Assembly (NCBI RefSeq): GCF_036321535.1
Contig: NC_087440.1
Span: 29,202,001 to 29,266,000, forward strand
Length of the DNA: 64,000 nt
Direction: 5' to 3'
DNA from: Camelus dromedarius
Lineage: Eukaryota
Under the pieces are notes generated by a model. That model saw only the letters and a list, made by a program, of their open reading frames with translations. It ran no database searches and was not told where the DNA came from. Positions 12,335-24,899 of the stretch are shown here, in pieces. Position numbers and translations under genes: made by a program. How positions within the stretch are numbered: the stretch's first letter is position 1; each line of letters opens with the position of its first letter.

Positions 12335-13500
12335 TTTTTTTGTATACATAATATATATAATTAACTTTTAATGTATTTTTACTGAACTATAGTCAGCTTA
12401 CAATGTTGTGTCAATTTCTGGTGTACAGCACAATGCTTCAGTCATATAGGAAAATACATATATTCATTTTCATATTCTTTTTCACCATAAGTTACTAGAA
12501 GATACTGAATATAGTTCCCTGTGCTATATAGTATAAACTATTTATCTATTTTATATATATTAGTTAGTATCTGCAAATCTCATACTCCCAGTTTATCCCT
12601 TCCCACCCAATTCGTCCCTGGTAACCATAAGTTTGTTTTCTATGTCCGTGAGTCTGGTTCCGTTTTGTAAATAAGTTCATTTGTCTTTTATTTTTTTAAG
12701 ATTACACATATAAGTGATATCATATGGTATTTTTCTTTCTCTTTCTGGCTGACTTCACATAGAATGACATTCTCCAGCTCTATCCATATTGCTGCAAATG
12801 GTATTATTTTATTATTTTTCATGGCTGAGTAAGTGTTCCATTGTATAAATATACCATAGCTTCTTTATCCAGTCATTTGTCAACATTTAGGTTGTTTCTA
12901 TGTCTTGGCTATTGTAAATAATGCTGCTATAAACACTGGGGTGCATGTATCTTTTTGAATTAAGGTTNNNNNNNNNNNNNNNNNNNNNNNNNNNNNNNNN
13001 NNNNNNNNNNNNNNNNNNNNNNNNNNNNNNNNNNNNNNNNNNNNNNNNNNNNNNNNNNNNNNNNNNNNNNNNNNNNNNNNNNNNNNNNNNNNNNNNNNNG
13101 TCCCCTTTTCTCCACAGCCTCTCCAGCATTTATTGTTTATGGAGTTCTGAATGATGGCCATTTTGACTGGTGTGAGGTGATACCTCATTGTGGTTTGATA
13201 TGCATTTCTCTGATAATTTGTGATATTGAGCATTTTTTCATGTGCCTTACTGGCCATTTTTATGTCTTCATTGGAGAATTGCTTGTTTAGATCTTTTGCT
13301 CATTTTTGGATTGGATTGTTTGTTTTTGTTACTAAGTTATATGAGTTGTTTATATACTCTGGAAATTAAGCCCTTGTTAGTCACATCATTTGCAAATATC
13401 TTCCATTCTGTAGGCTGTCATTTTGTTTTGCTTATGGTTTCTTTTGCTGTGCAAAAGCTTGTAAGTTTAATTAGGTCCCATTTATTAATTTTTGCTTTAT
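12335..13500 (-). mobile_element. Young L1 3' UTR plus ORF2 C-terminus (contains N-run 12968-13099)
   Basis: Tail ACTGAACTATAGTCAGCTTACAATGTTGTGTCAATTTCTGG. The minus-strand ORF encodes L1 ORF2 C-terminal motifs (MRYHLTPVKMAII...KCWRGCGEKG). Confidence 0.92.
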
Positions 13501-14426
13501 ATAATTTTGAGGCCTGGAGTAGGAAGATTTCTTAAGAAAGTTTTGTTATATGTAGTAATGAATAATTCTCAAACTCTGTATATAATCTAGTTCTTACAGT
13601 CTATCTGGATGCCGAAATGAATTAAATGGATAGTTTATCCTAAATTTAAACTTTTTGTCCTATCTTCATAACACTTTCCCCCTGCTTTTACATGGTGTAG
13701 ATAATGAAATCCCTAACCCATTTTTAAATAAAAAGGGAGGAAGCAAAATCCCTGAAGTTTATTGATACATCCATCTTTGTATTTAATCTATATCTTCTAA
13801 AATAAAGATAATTACACTGGTTCACAAATGACTAAAACATGGTATTGAGGGAACAGCACTCTCTCCAGATTACAGCGATAATTCGATGGTGAATACTTAA
13901 TGATTACCTTTTACAGCTGTCTCTCCAGAAGGTAGCTAGAATGTTAACTAGTTGATAGGTTAATTAAGCAATTTGTAAAAATACAGCCAGCAATATTCAG
14001 TGCACTGGCTTTTTGAAAAAAATTTAGAGAAGATCTGTGTGAAATGCTTTGCTAAAAGAAATGCTCAGTAGAACAGAAAATTTCAAAATGTGGTGGTCGG
14101 TGTTGAAGTAGCAGTAACAACTATAATAAGTAATATTAACATTTTTACTAATTTAAAGTTATCCTTGAGAACAACCAAAATCATGGTTGTAAAGACTAAC
14201 CAGATTCCAAAATAGGAAATAATTTTACATTCAATGATCAATAAATGATTGTGAAATATAATGGAATTGACACAAAACTTACATCTGGTGATACACATAA
14301 TTTTCATATGTGAATTGGGGAGTGCATCCCAAGCCCAAGTAACAGGACAGGTGTGGCTAGTTTAGGGAGCTCACAGTGGACATTCTGATAATGTAAGGTC
14401 CTTAAATACCAACAGAAATCCATAGG

Positions 14427-15338
14427 CTAACATCGCAGTCTCTGGATGGCGTTTTTAATCTCTTTGTTTCTTAACGTGTAAATGGCTGGATTTAGGACCG
14501 GTGTGATGACTGCATAAAATACAGCAAGAAACTTGTCCACCCAGGTGATATGGAGTGGCCACAGATAGATGAAGATGCAGGGTCCAAAGAATAACACCAC
14601 CACTGTGATGTGGGCAGTGCAGGTGGAGAGAGCCTTGGATGCCCCTTCTTTAGAGTGAAGGCGGACAGTAAGCAGGATATAAAAGTAAGAGAGTAGCAAC
14701 AGAATGAAGCAGATGGTTGCCAGTACCCCACTGTCAGCATTTATCAACATTTCTAGACTATAAGTATCCATACAGGCCAGCCTGATCACCAGTGGAATAT
14801 CACAGAAAAAGCTATCCAGTTCCCTGCGTCCACAGAAGGGCAGCTTTATAATTAGAGCTAGTTGGCTTATTGAATGCACAAAGCCAGTGATCCATGATGT
14901 CATCACTAGCCCAGTGCACTTTTGCCTGTCCATGATGCTGGAGTAATGGAGTGGCTTGCAGATGGCCACATAACGGTCATAGGCCATTGACACAAGCAGT
15001 ATCATCTCACCCCCTCCAAAGAAATGTCCAAAAAAAATCTGACACATGCAGCCTCCAAAGGAGATGGTCTTATTTTCTTTGAGAAAGTCTGTGATCATTT
15101 TTGGGGTGATTACTGAGGAAAGACAGAAGTCAATGAACGAAAGATTGGCTAACAAGAAGTACATAGGGGAGTGAAGATGAAGATCAGCAGTAATTAGGAG
15201 CGCAATGAAGATGTTGCCTAAAATGGTGATCAAGTAAAGTGAAGAAAATATCAGCAGGAGGAAGGCCTGGAGCTCCCATGAATTACAAAGTCCAAGAATA
15301 ATAAATTCAGACACCACAGTCTGGTTTACTTCTTCCAT
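14427..15338 (-). CDS. OR#2: olfactory receptor family 4 (OR4K-like), 303 aa, short C-tail
   Basis: NQT sequon, [52 protein letters not shown]. Acceptor TTTTTCTTCAG ends at 15364. Confidence 0.95.
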   Translation of the reverse strand: MEEVNQTVVSEFIILGLCNSWELQAFLLLIFSSLYLITILGNIFIALLITADLHLHSPMYFLLANLSFIDFCLSSVITPKMITDFLKENKTISFGGCMCQIFFGHFFGGGEMILLVSMAYDRYVAICKPLHYSSIMDRQKCTGLVMTSWITGFVHSISQLALIIKLPFCGRRELDSFFCDIPLVIRLACMDTYSLEMLINADSGVLATICFILLLLSYFYILLTVRLHSKEGASKALSTCTAHITVVVLFFGPCIFIYLWPLHITWVDKFLAVFYAVITPVLNPAIYTLRNKEIKNAIQRLRC

Positions 15339-16059
15339 TTAGTTCAGTTTGTTCTGAATTTATCTGAAGAAAAGTCATAAAGATAGATTTTCTGAATGAA
15401 CAGTATGTTCACTGAGAGGGTTTCTCAGACATTGCTGATGGAAGGGTATACTTCAGCCATTACTCCGGAAAAAAAGCTGGCCTTTTCTTGTAAAGCTCAA
15501 TATTTACACATTTTATGGTCCAGCAGTTTCCCTCCCACTTACATGCCCAAGATAAACTATTGTGTATGTATATAAGGAAAAATTTATAATTATGCTTGTA
15601 AGCAGGACAGTGGAATATTATTTAGAACCATAATAAATAAAGTACAACAATACAAAATAGCATAAATGGATATATAATACACTAATGAAGAAAAAAAAGT
15701 TCAAAATGGATCCACTCAGCACAATTTTTATAAGGTGAAAAGCCATAAGAAAAATAACCTATTTTGCAGGAACTTGTATAAATTATAAAACTATGTAAAA
15801 ATAAGATGTAAATAACCTCAGCTGTGGGGAGTCCATGGGTCAGGATGAGGATGAGCAAATAAGTTGTATGTTATTATCAACTGTTTAGGTCTTATATTAG
15901 ATCATGTTTTCACAGGCATAACTTTATTATTAAATAAACAAGCAAACAAACTCAAAATGGCATGGAAAAACAGTGAGACTGTGCTATAAATCAAGAATTA
16001 TGATCAATTCAAATACTGTGGATCTGAGGTAAAATAGCATTTTTTAAGAATGTCTTGTG

Positions 16060-16215
16060 TTATTGAATTATAGTTGATTTACAATAAATTCTCCATTTGC
16101 AGCCATATGGATGGACCTAGAAAATACTACACTTAGTGATATGAGAAAGAGAAAGACAAATAACTGTATGGTATGTCCTAAACATGGAATCTAAAAAATA
16201 ATAACAAAAATGACA
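16060..16215. mobile_element. Short L1 3' UTR pieces in opposite orientations
   Basis: Antisense tail (TTATTGAATTATAGTTGATTTACAAT) joined to a sense 3' UTR piece (CCATTTGCAGCCATATGGATGGACCTAG...GGAATCTAAAAAA). Confidence 0.7.
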
Positions 16216-17449
16216 TTTTATTGTTTGGGGGTTGTAGAGTAGAAAGATAGCATCTAAATATAAATGAACATTTTTAGCACATTATTGAAGGTTAGTAATG
16301 TTTTTGTTAATAAATACATTAATAAAGTAATCAGTTGAAAAGAGATATTAGCACTAGTTTTGACAAATGAGAAAACTTTCTCACCAACATAGTTAACTAA
16401 ATATAGAGCAGATAAACTAATCAAAAAGAGGATGGTTAACAATCAGTGGAAGAATAAATGTTCCAGGCATAAGGAATAAATCACGAGCATCAGGAAGAAA
16501 TATTTTCTGTTTGTGAAACTCGAAGCTACATAACCTATAAGAAATTACACAAAGCCTGAGGTATACATCAACCACAGAGACTCCTGAGATTTAGTCTCGA
16601 ATATCAGGCTTGAAAATATTTTAGTATTGGAAAGCCCCTTTTGCCAGACATGATCTAGAACCACAGAATACACAATCTGCTTGTACGTTTCTGATTCAAA
16701 ACAAGATCGTCTCCGAGAAACTGAAATCTAGGAATCTCTGCATGGACTGAAATGGTCCAAAATCTGTGATTAAGACTTAGACAGAGACTATGCCCCAAGT
16801 TACTTGAGAAAAACAATTTTGTGTTACAAATGAGAAGGTTCTTTGGACTTGAGACTCTGGCTACACATTTTCATAGTTAGTAAATCTCTCCATTTCCATT
16901 ATTTCCATAGAAAGCTATTTCCATTCAGTCTCACATGCCTTAGCCTGAGAAGCCATAATTTTTGAAGTGCATTATGTTCTCCCTAACAATTATTGACAGA
17001 AGATTTACTTTTACAGTAACATTGTAAATGGCATATACAAGCTAATTAGACTTCTTATTAACAAGTTAGAGAAACTTTGTCTTTAAACTACTCATTTGCT
17101 GCAATTGAAATTCATTCCTTTAAAAATCTAACAATATTATAAAGCTGAAAAATAGATTTATATTCTTTCTTACTCTCTCCCTTTTTACTTTAATTTTCTC
17201 TCCTCTGTCTTCATCTTTTTCTTTTTTTCTTCTCCTCCTCCTTTTTCTTTTAAAAATGTCTGGCTCTCAAGTGCTTTGCCTCATGGGTCAATTATTTCCA
17301 ACAGTCATTACTAATTCTTGATGATTGGTGTTCATAGCTCTCTATCAAAATTGGGAACCATTTTCTATTTCACTCAGAGGTATATTAAACATTTTAAATC
17401 ACTGTTCTGTTACAGTGGTAACAATCCGATTCACTGCTGAAAAAGCCAA

Positions 17450-19170
17450 GTCAACAAATGATACATGGGTTTACCGTCACTGTTCTCTATGGTTGGAGCT
17501 GTTGATGATATTGTTGTTGCTTAAGTCTATGTAGTTATCAGATACCAGGGACAAAAATAAGAATGGAATTAGAAAGTACTAGATGTAGGAGGGGCTTTTA
17601 ATTTTTTCTGGTATGATAAGTAAGAATTTATTAAATATTTTCTTACTGTGTACTCTGATTACTTTTGAGTACTTTGGTGAAAAAGAAATAGGCTGTAGAT
17701 ATTGTTGGTTATACCAAAGTAAAAGCCTGTGCCTGCTTTTTCAGCTAATACTTGCTTTAAAATTGTTTAATATTATTTTAGTTGAATTACAAAAGACAAA
17801 ATATTACTGCTGAAATAATTATATTAATGGCAATAGCAATATTAATAATACTGTTATAAATAATTTTCAATCATAGATGAGAGGTAAATCTAAAGATTCT
17901 AAAAATATAACTGTAAAATCAAATAACAAAGTAGAACTTACAAGGAAGAATCAAAATTTAGCAAAATATAAAAGGAAAAGATAAAAGAAAATGAGACAAT
18001 TTCCATTTTCTTTTTTGAGCTGCTAATTTTAGGGTCATTTGAAAACTAAGTCAATCGGTTTCATTGTGTCTCCCTGTTTTTCTTTCTCTCTCCGAATACC
18101 TCCCATGTGCTAGAAAGTTTCCCTAACGTTGTCTAAGGTAGTGTTCACAATAACCCCATGAAATAGGTCTTATTGAGAGTTTGGCTCTTAGTGTAACCTG
18201 TTACAAGGCTCAGAGCTGAGAAATAGTGTAACTGGGGTGCACACCCAGTGTTCTCTAACTCCAGTGCTTCTGTGGTGTCATTCTGTGTCTCCTCTGTTCA
18301 GTTCCAGGAGCATAATTCCATTTCCATGGTAACTACTGACTGTTATAACTTTTGAGAGGTTTCTCTACATATTCTCTGTCAGGTTTCTTTCTGAGCTAAA
18401 TTAGTAACAATCACTTTCTCCAGTGTTTCGGGGTTTCTGTTAATTATAGTCAAATATCTGTGTATCGAACACAGTTTTCCTTAACTCAAGGAAACTGTGG
18501 ACCCTGATGATTGTGGCTCTGTGAGAACAAGAGGACCTCCTAAACGTATTTAGGAAGCTATGAGACTGTGTAGAAGGCATTCCTTTTGATGCTGTAAAAT
18601 CCAGAAGTCCCAAGATGTAGGTGGGAGAAGAAATCTTTGATATTTCTGGAAGCTATGCAGCCATTCCAACTCATTCTAATTAATATGTATGGAAATATGG
18701 TATTAAAACATTGTGACATTGTCTCTTACATGTGATAGAGGAAGCAAACTAAGGGAGAAGTTAAGAAATTTACAGAGTATAGACCATAGCTTCTTACCAG
18801 AGAAACACCATATTTGATCAGATTCTTTTCCAGGGGTAAAGCATTTTCCATATTGTAATTAGAATCTGAAATAAAACCATATTGCACCAAAACAAATAAT
18901 CCACTTCCGTCGTGACCAGTGTTAATGGGAGTGTGTGAGGCATATATTTACTGTAGAGGGTGGCCTCTGGGGTAGGCAGCTTTCAAGCTACCCATGCTAT
19001 GTTCCTTTGGGACCTCTCAATTTTGGAGTTTCTCAGAATTGAGAGTATCACCTGGAAAGTATGCCTTTTCTCAGGTCTGAGAGAGAGACCTGGTGTGTAC
19101 AGTTATAAAAGTTCTAATGATGGAAGTTAAGCACAGTTTTAAAGCACTTCTTTGGTTAACTTTTTTTTTT
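17450..19170. repeat. Paralogous upstream module C (upstream of OR#2)
   Basis: Colinear with 2100-3850, and shares the TCCAGAAGTCCC core with modules A and B. Minus-strand donor GTAAGA at 18792-18797 and O/E-like TCCCAAAGGA at 19003-19012. Confidence 0.8.
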
Positions 19171-19269
19171 TTTTTAAAGAAAAACATTATTTCAGAATTA
19201 ACTTGCCATTTCTAGTCCCAGATGACTTCGGTGAGTGGACAGGGGATGACCAGCAGTAGGAGATGAGCT

Positions 19270-19810
19270 AGTCATTTGACTCATCAATTCTACTCCTAGG
19301 TATTTACCCCAAAGAATTAAAAACAAGTATTTAAACAAAAACTTGTACACAAATGTCATAGTAGAACTATTCACAATGGCCAAAGATGGCACATTTTCAT
19401 CAGCTGATGAATGAATCAACAACTGTGGTAATACATACAAAGGAATATTATTTATCTATAAGAAGGAATGATGTCTTGATACACACTTCAACATGGATGA
19501 ACTTGAAAACATTATGCTAAATGAAAGAAGCCAGACTCTTAAGGTCACATGTTGTTTTGATTCTCTTTATATAAAGTATCCAGATTGGATAAATCCGTAG
19601 AGATAGAAAGCAGATTAGTGATTTCCAGGGGCTGAGAGAGAGAGGGCTGACTGCTCAATGGATATGGGGTTTTCCTTGGGGTGATGAAAATATGTTGAAG
19701 CTTGGTAGAGGTGTGATTGCAATATTATGAATGTACTAAATGCCATTGGATTGTACCTTTCAAATGACTGATTTTCCATTATGTGAATTTTACCTTGATA
19801 ACAAAATTTA
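19270..19810 (+). mobile_element. Old L1 (L1MB-like) 3' end
   Basis: CAATTCTACTCCTAGGTATTTACCC...ACATGGATGAACTTGAAAACATTATGCTAAATGAAAGAAGCCAG...AATGTACTAAATGCCATTG. Confidence 0.85.
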
Positions 19811-20464
19811 ATACTAAAAGAAAAATAAATGAGGAATTTTTTTCATTATAAATTAATATTTTAGTTATCTACTTTGTTTTAGCTCATTTTTTTTTCAGTC
19901 ATACTTGGCTTAGGTTTACCTTTCCCTTTTTTTAGGTAAAAAATGTACTTTTGGTATAATCACACACTAGGGTTTTTTTTGTTTTTGTTTTTCATTTGTC
20001 TCCAGCTTAAATGCTATGTAGAACTGAGTATAAAATACTGTAAAATGTAAATCACTAAAAGCAATTTAACTAACAAAAATCAAGTTTGTCAAAACAACAT
20101 GCTGAATTGGAGCTCTTATAATAGTGTTAAATGATGTAAGAATGTATGATATTTGGTCTTCTCTGTGTGTACATTGCTTTTCTGAGCAAGCCTTATAGAA
20201 TTACAGATATTCAGTATCTCTGGATTTAGTTAATTGAAAAAAAAATCACTGGGCTGAATCCCAAGGCACACAAATTCTAGCCCCTTTTCTACTACCAATT
20301 GATAAGTCACAACCTTATTTCTTCATCTGATCGGGAACAATACTGCATTTTCATCTCACTGTTAGAAAGAAGCAATGAAATAATATAGGTAAAAATACTC
20401 AAAAAAGTAAAAAGCTAAATAGATCTGTGAAATCTTATTTATCTGTCACAACAGTAATACAGAA

Positions 20465-20620
20465 ACGAGGCAGCATAGTGTAGGGATTAAATCCATGGAC
20501 TTTGAAATCAGAAATAATCATATTTGAATATTGGATCTGACTTTAGCATAGTGACCTTTGCCAACATGTTGTCTTTCCGTATTATTTAATGTTACTGTCT
20601 CCCAAATGGGGATGGTAATT
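20465..20620 (+). mobile_element. MIR
   Basis: GGCAGCATAGTGTAGGGATTAAATCCATGGACTTTG...GTGACCTTTGCCAAC...AAATGGGGATGGTAAT. Confidence 0.65.
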
Positions 20621-21689
20621 GTATATTTGAGGTAAAAAGCAGGTACAGTGTTTCTAAGGATGTTGCATGAATATGCTTTCAACAGAATTCTAAATAACTT
20701 TCTAATGTTTGTTAATTGGTATTCTTTTTCACTGGTATTAGTCTAAGTAGTATTTAATTTGTACATAGGCATTAAAATGTTAGGAGTTGCTGATTTTCCT
20801 TGAAGATATTTGGCTATCGTGTTGTTAGCCACAGCTTCCTTTTTTTCCATTTACTTTTGTAACCAAACTCTGATACTTTTTTCTTCTCTTAATGTCATGG
20901 GAATTCAAAGTAGAGTTCTCATGATAAATGACCTAGGGACTCAGGTCACTTGAGTTACCAGGTTGTTACCAAAGGCTGTTGTTGGCACTGGAGCAGTTGT
21001 GAGGAGCACTAACTGCAGAGATCAAAGAAGGAAACATTTCTTAAAAGGTCCAATACTAGGGAAAGTATTGTTTTCTGAGGCCTGGTATTTTTTGGTTGTT
21101 GTCGTTTGTTTTCTGTTGTTTGTTTGTTTGTTTTTGGTCAGGTAAGTGGGGGCAGTGTAATGTAAGTGAAGAGCCTGCTAAAATTACCAGCTCTTTTCCC
21201 GATGTGGGTAAAGCATAGCACCTCTGCCAACATTACAAAAATTGCATCCCCCTCAGCCTTCCCTCCCACTCTTTCTTGTCTCTATTCATATTTTTCAGTT
21301 CAACAAGCATTTGTTGAACCACCATATGAGTCTTTCCAAGGGGAAGATAGACTTTTCAATGTTAGGTTGCATGGAGTGCTCCCTGTACTTAGATTGTGAC
21401 TCGATTTACAGGGAGATTTTTGTACTTGGACTTTATTTCACTAGGAACTAGAAAGGACCTTGGAAATTGGTTTTAATGTGAATTGCCTTTGACCGTTTGT
21501 GGCGATTTCTAGAATGACAATTGTTTTTTTAATTCTACTGGCATCAGTTTTCAATAGTACTAAGATATAAAGTACAACAGTCTTTACCAAGAAACAATTA
21601 CTGTCAACTGTCCATGCATTTATATGCATATACATGGCCACATCCAGCCGCTTGGCTTCTCTCTGAAACTCACAACACTTAGGTTGGTC

Positions 21690-22140
21690 AGGACTTATGA
21701 CTAAGACATGGTCCCTGCTCTAAAGAAACTCATACTCCTAGCAGGGGAGACAGACAGACTGGTCAACTGTAAATTATAATGTCATGAAAAAAGTATTATG
21801 AGAGATTTGCATGTATGATGTGAGAGCGTAGTGGAGGGATATGTAAACCAGACTGGAAGAGAGAGGGAGACGTCCTTGAGTAACTCCTGCAGAGATGGAA
21901 TTTTTAGAACAAGAACTAATCAGCCAGAAGGTCAAGGATACCTTTAGTGCAGAACAAAATATGGGTAAACCTAATGTTAATGAAAGAACAAGGGTCCTTG
22001 TAATTCATGAGGTTTGTGAGATGAAGAGGTGAGATAAGAAGCCAGGAAGTGGGTTGTAAACAGTCCCCTGGAGCTTTATGAGCCATGCTGAGATGTTGTG
22101 AAGGCAGGGTAAGTTATTGAGGGTTTGTAAGCAGTGAGCA
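21690..22140 (-). mobile_element. L2 fragment
   Basis: AAGACATGGTCCCTGCTCTAAAGAAACTC...GAGACAGAC...TTATTGAGGGTTTGTAAGCAG is antisense L2. Confidence 0.65.
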
Positions 22141-22782
22141 GGCAACAAGAGCTGGGAACCCCTCCCTAGGTGTGCTGTTTTAACTGCTTCCTGTTTAACT
22201 TGCATGGTATTCCTTCTTGCTTACTTCTATTCTTCTCTCCCATTTCTTTTCTCACCTTGTCCCTATCCCTTCTCTCCACTCCCTTCTCTTTTCTTTTCAT
22301 GTCATCTCCTTCCTTACTGGTATCAAGCAACTAGACAGTAAATAGATTTTAAAGAAACTATCAGTAGACAGTTGCCAATAGGAAGTTTTATCTGTGGCTA
22401 TTAAGCTCTTAAAGAGAACATTTTCTATTAAGGGGCTATTGTAATTTTTTTAATGAGTAAACAGTTGTTGACACACTTGTAAAGCTTTATTTCAATTTTT
22501 AAATGCTTATTTGTATGGCATTGACATCATCACTACACTCTGAATTTGAAGTGCTGTGCATCTCGAACCTCTTATTTTATATTTAGAAATCCAGTTTAAA
22601 GTCAAAAGCAATTCCAGGTTAATGCCATTTAAGTAACAGAAATGTAGACCTTAGGAAGTGAAAAGCCATATGTATTTCTACTTTTCAGGATTGACTACTG
22701 GTAATATTTGGTGTGCATTCTTGGAATCTGTTTTTTAAATTCAAACATACACTCTTCATTTTATATATATATATACAATGAA

Positions 22783-22783
<1 letters not shown>

Positions 22784-22822
<39 letters not shown>
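22784..22822. repeat. (TG)19 microsatellite
   Basis: Uninterrupted TG run. Confidence 0.97.
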
Positions 22823-22827
<5 letters not shown>

Positions 22828-24899
22828 GCTGTTGGATGTTCTTGCTTTTATTCAGTATTTGTTTCCAGATCTTTAAGGACATGTAATAAACTGACCTTTC
22901 TCAGCATTTTACCAAGGTAACACATAGTACTGGTTATTATGCAACAATTTCTTGCAGGAATTAATGTTGGCCATGAGTATACATAGACAACCATATTAAA
23001 CTCTAATAATTTTTTGAGAACATCAACATTGTTTTTCTATAATGGCAGGCATAGTATTGTTTTTAATGCACTTTCTTGTTTTCACTTAAATTGAAAATCT
23101 TTCCAGATCTGTGTATGTAGACCTATTTATTTTATTTAATAGCATCATAATATTCCATGGTATATATGTACTACAATGTGAGGAATTCCTTCTTTAATGA
23201 TTGACATATGTCAACAACATTCTCAATATATATGTGTGAATGTGTGTGTTACTATGTACATGTTATATAAATACAGATGCTACATACACATAATATTTGC
23301 CCTTGTGCTAGTATGTCTAGAAATAGATTTGTACAATTTAATTTCTAATAAATACTGTCAATTGTTACACATCTTCAACAATGTATAAGAGTAGCTTTTA
23401 TACTGACGTCTTGCTAACACTGGAAATTCCTTTTTATTCTCACCTGTCTCTTCTCTTTTTCTTTCTTTTTCCTTATCAAGTGGTACAACAAAACTATGAA
23501 TCTCCTAATCACCTCTAATGGTGAGGCTGAGCATCAATAAATATGTTTATTGGCCACTTGTGCATCTTACTTTTCCTATTGTCAGTTGCATGTGTATGTT
23601 TCCTCGCTTTTTCAAGTAAGACCTTCTCCTTGTAGAGTTAATATATTGACCTTTCTATCAAATATAATCCTTTGTTTGACTGATGCCAGTATTTCCGCTT
23701 CCTATTGAAATGTATCAAATGAAGATAGTTTGTATTAATAAATGAATTTTTAACATTTAAAAAATAGAGAAAAACAGAAAAAAGAATCATCTAATTTTCC
23801 TACTAAGAAAAAAATCAATCAGTACTTTTTTTTTTTTAACTAACATTTCTTTTGTTCTTTGAAACGTATTTATTTATTTTGCACAATTGGGAATATACTG
23901 AATATACTTTTTGTGTGTACTAGAATATGTATATTTTAAAATCTACATGTTGTATGATCAAAGCTTTTTGATAGTTTTGGTTATAGCTCTTTTGAAATGT
24001 CACATCCACTGCCGTTAACCTTGGTGATTGTCCCATTCTCCCTTGCTCAGTCCTGTTCTGTTTATTTTCTCAGTTATTGGCTTTAAATTCTCTATCTAGT
24101 GCCCTTCTGTCAGGGCCTCGTAGTACCATCCCTGTAGTGTTTCTTTTTGGCTGTTATACCTTCTCCATGTCCATAACCCTCACGGTGTCCTTCCTGACTA
24201 GCCTGGCTACCTTCAAGTCTGTTCTTGGCTACAGCAGGCTCAAGGTGCTCCAGCCTACTTATGATGCCTTCTTGTTTAGGCAGTGCAGGGCTGTGCCCAA
24301 GGGAGAGCCCGGGCAGAGGGGAGTGACACAGGGAGGAGGGACAACATGGGAGAGAATGGTGGTTAGTGGTGCAGGGCCTGGAGGGAAGCTTATTGTTGGC
24401 AGTGCAAATGGGGGACCCGTGGTATTCAGTTCAGGTGTGGAACAAGCATCAGTAACTGGGTTTAGTTATTTAGAGGTAAGGGAGTTTAGACAATCATGTA
24501 TGGAAAAAGATACGTTACTATATTATATTGAACTGTATAAAATTGATACTTGACCTTCTTTGAACTTACCAAAGGAAGAACTTCATATGATTCAAACTAA
24601 TAAAAGCGTATAAGCCCAGAGATGAACAATTTATTGACAAAAATTAAAGATAAGCATCTTTCTATTTTTCCCTAGATATATTAAGTTTTAAAAAATAGAT
24701 TTCCTATACATTTTTCTTGTAAATTTTTCTTTTTTTTCAATTGTCTATTATTCACTTATTTCATAGCACTGATTTTTGTTTCTATATATGAAGAATAATG
24801 CCTTCTCCAGGAGGAAGAACTATGAATATTTTAAGTCTCTATTGTGAGCATTGATGTTATTTCTTATTTTTCTTTTTATCAACAGTGGTATAATAGGTG

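Noticed and set aside
16060-16215. Twin-priming inversion as an explanation of the opposed L1 pieces (also 49440-50460)
   Set aside because: No convincing TSD, and the pieces are far apart on the L1 consensus; independent insertions explain them equally well.
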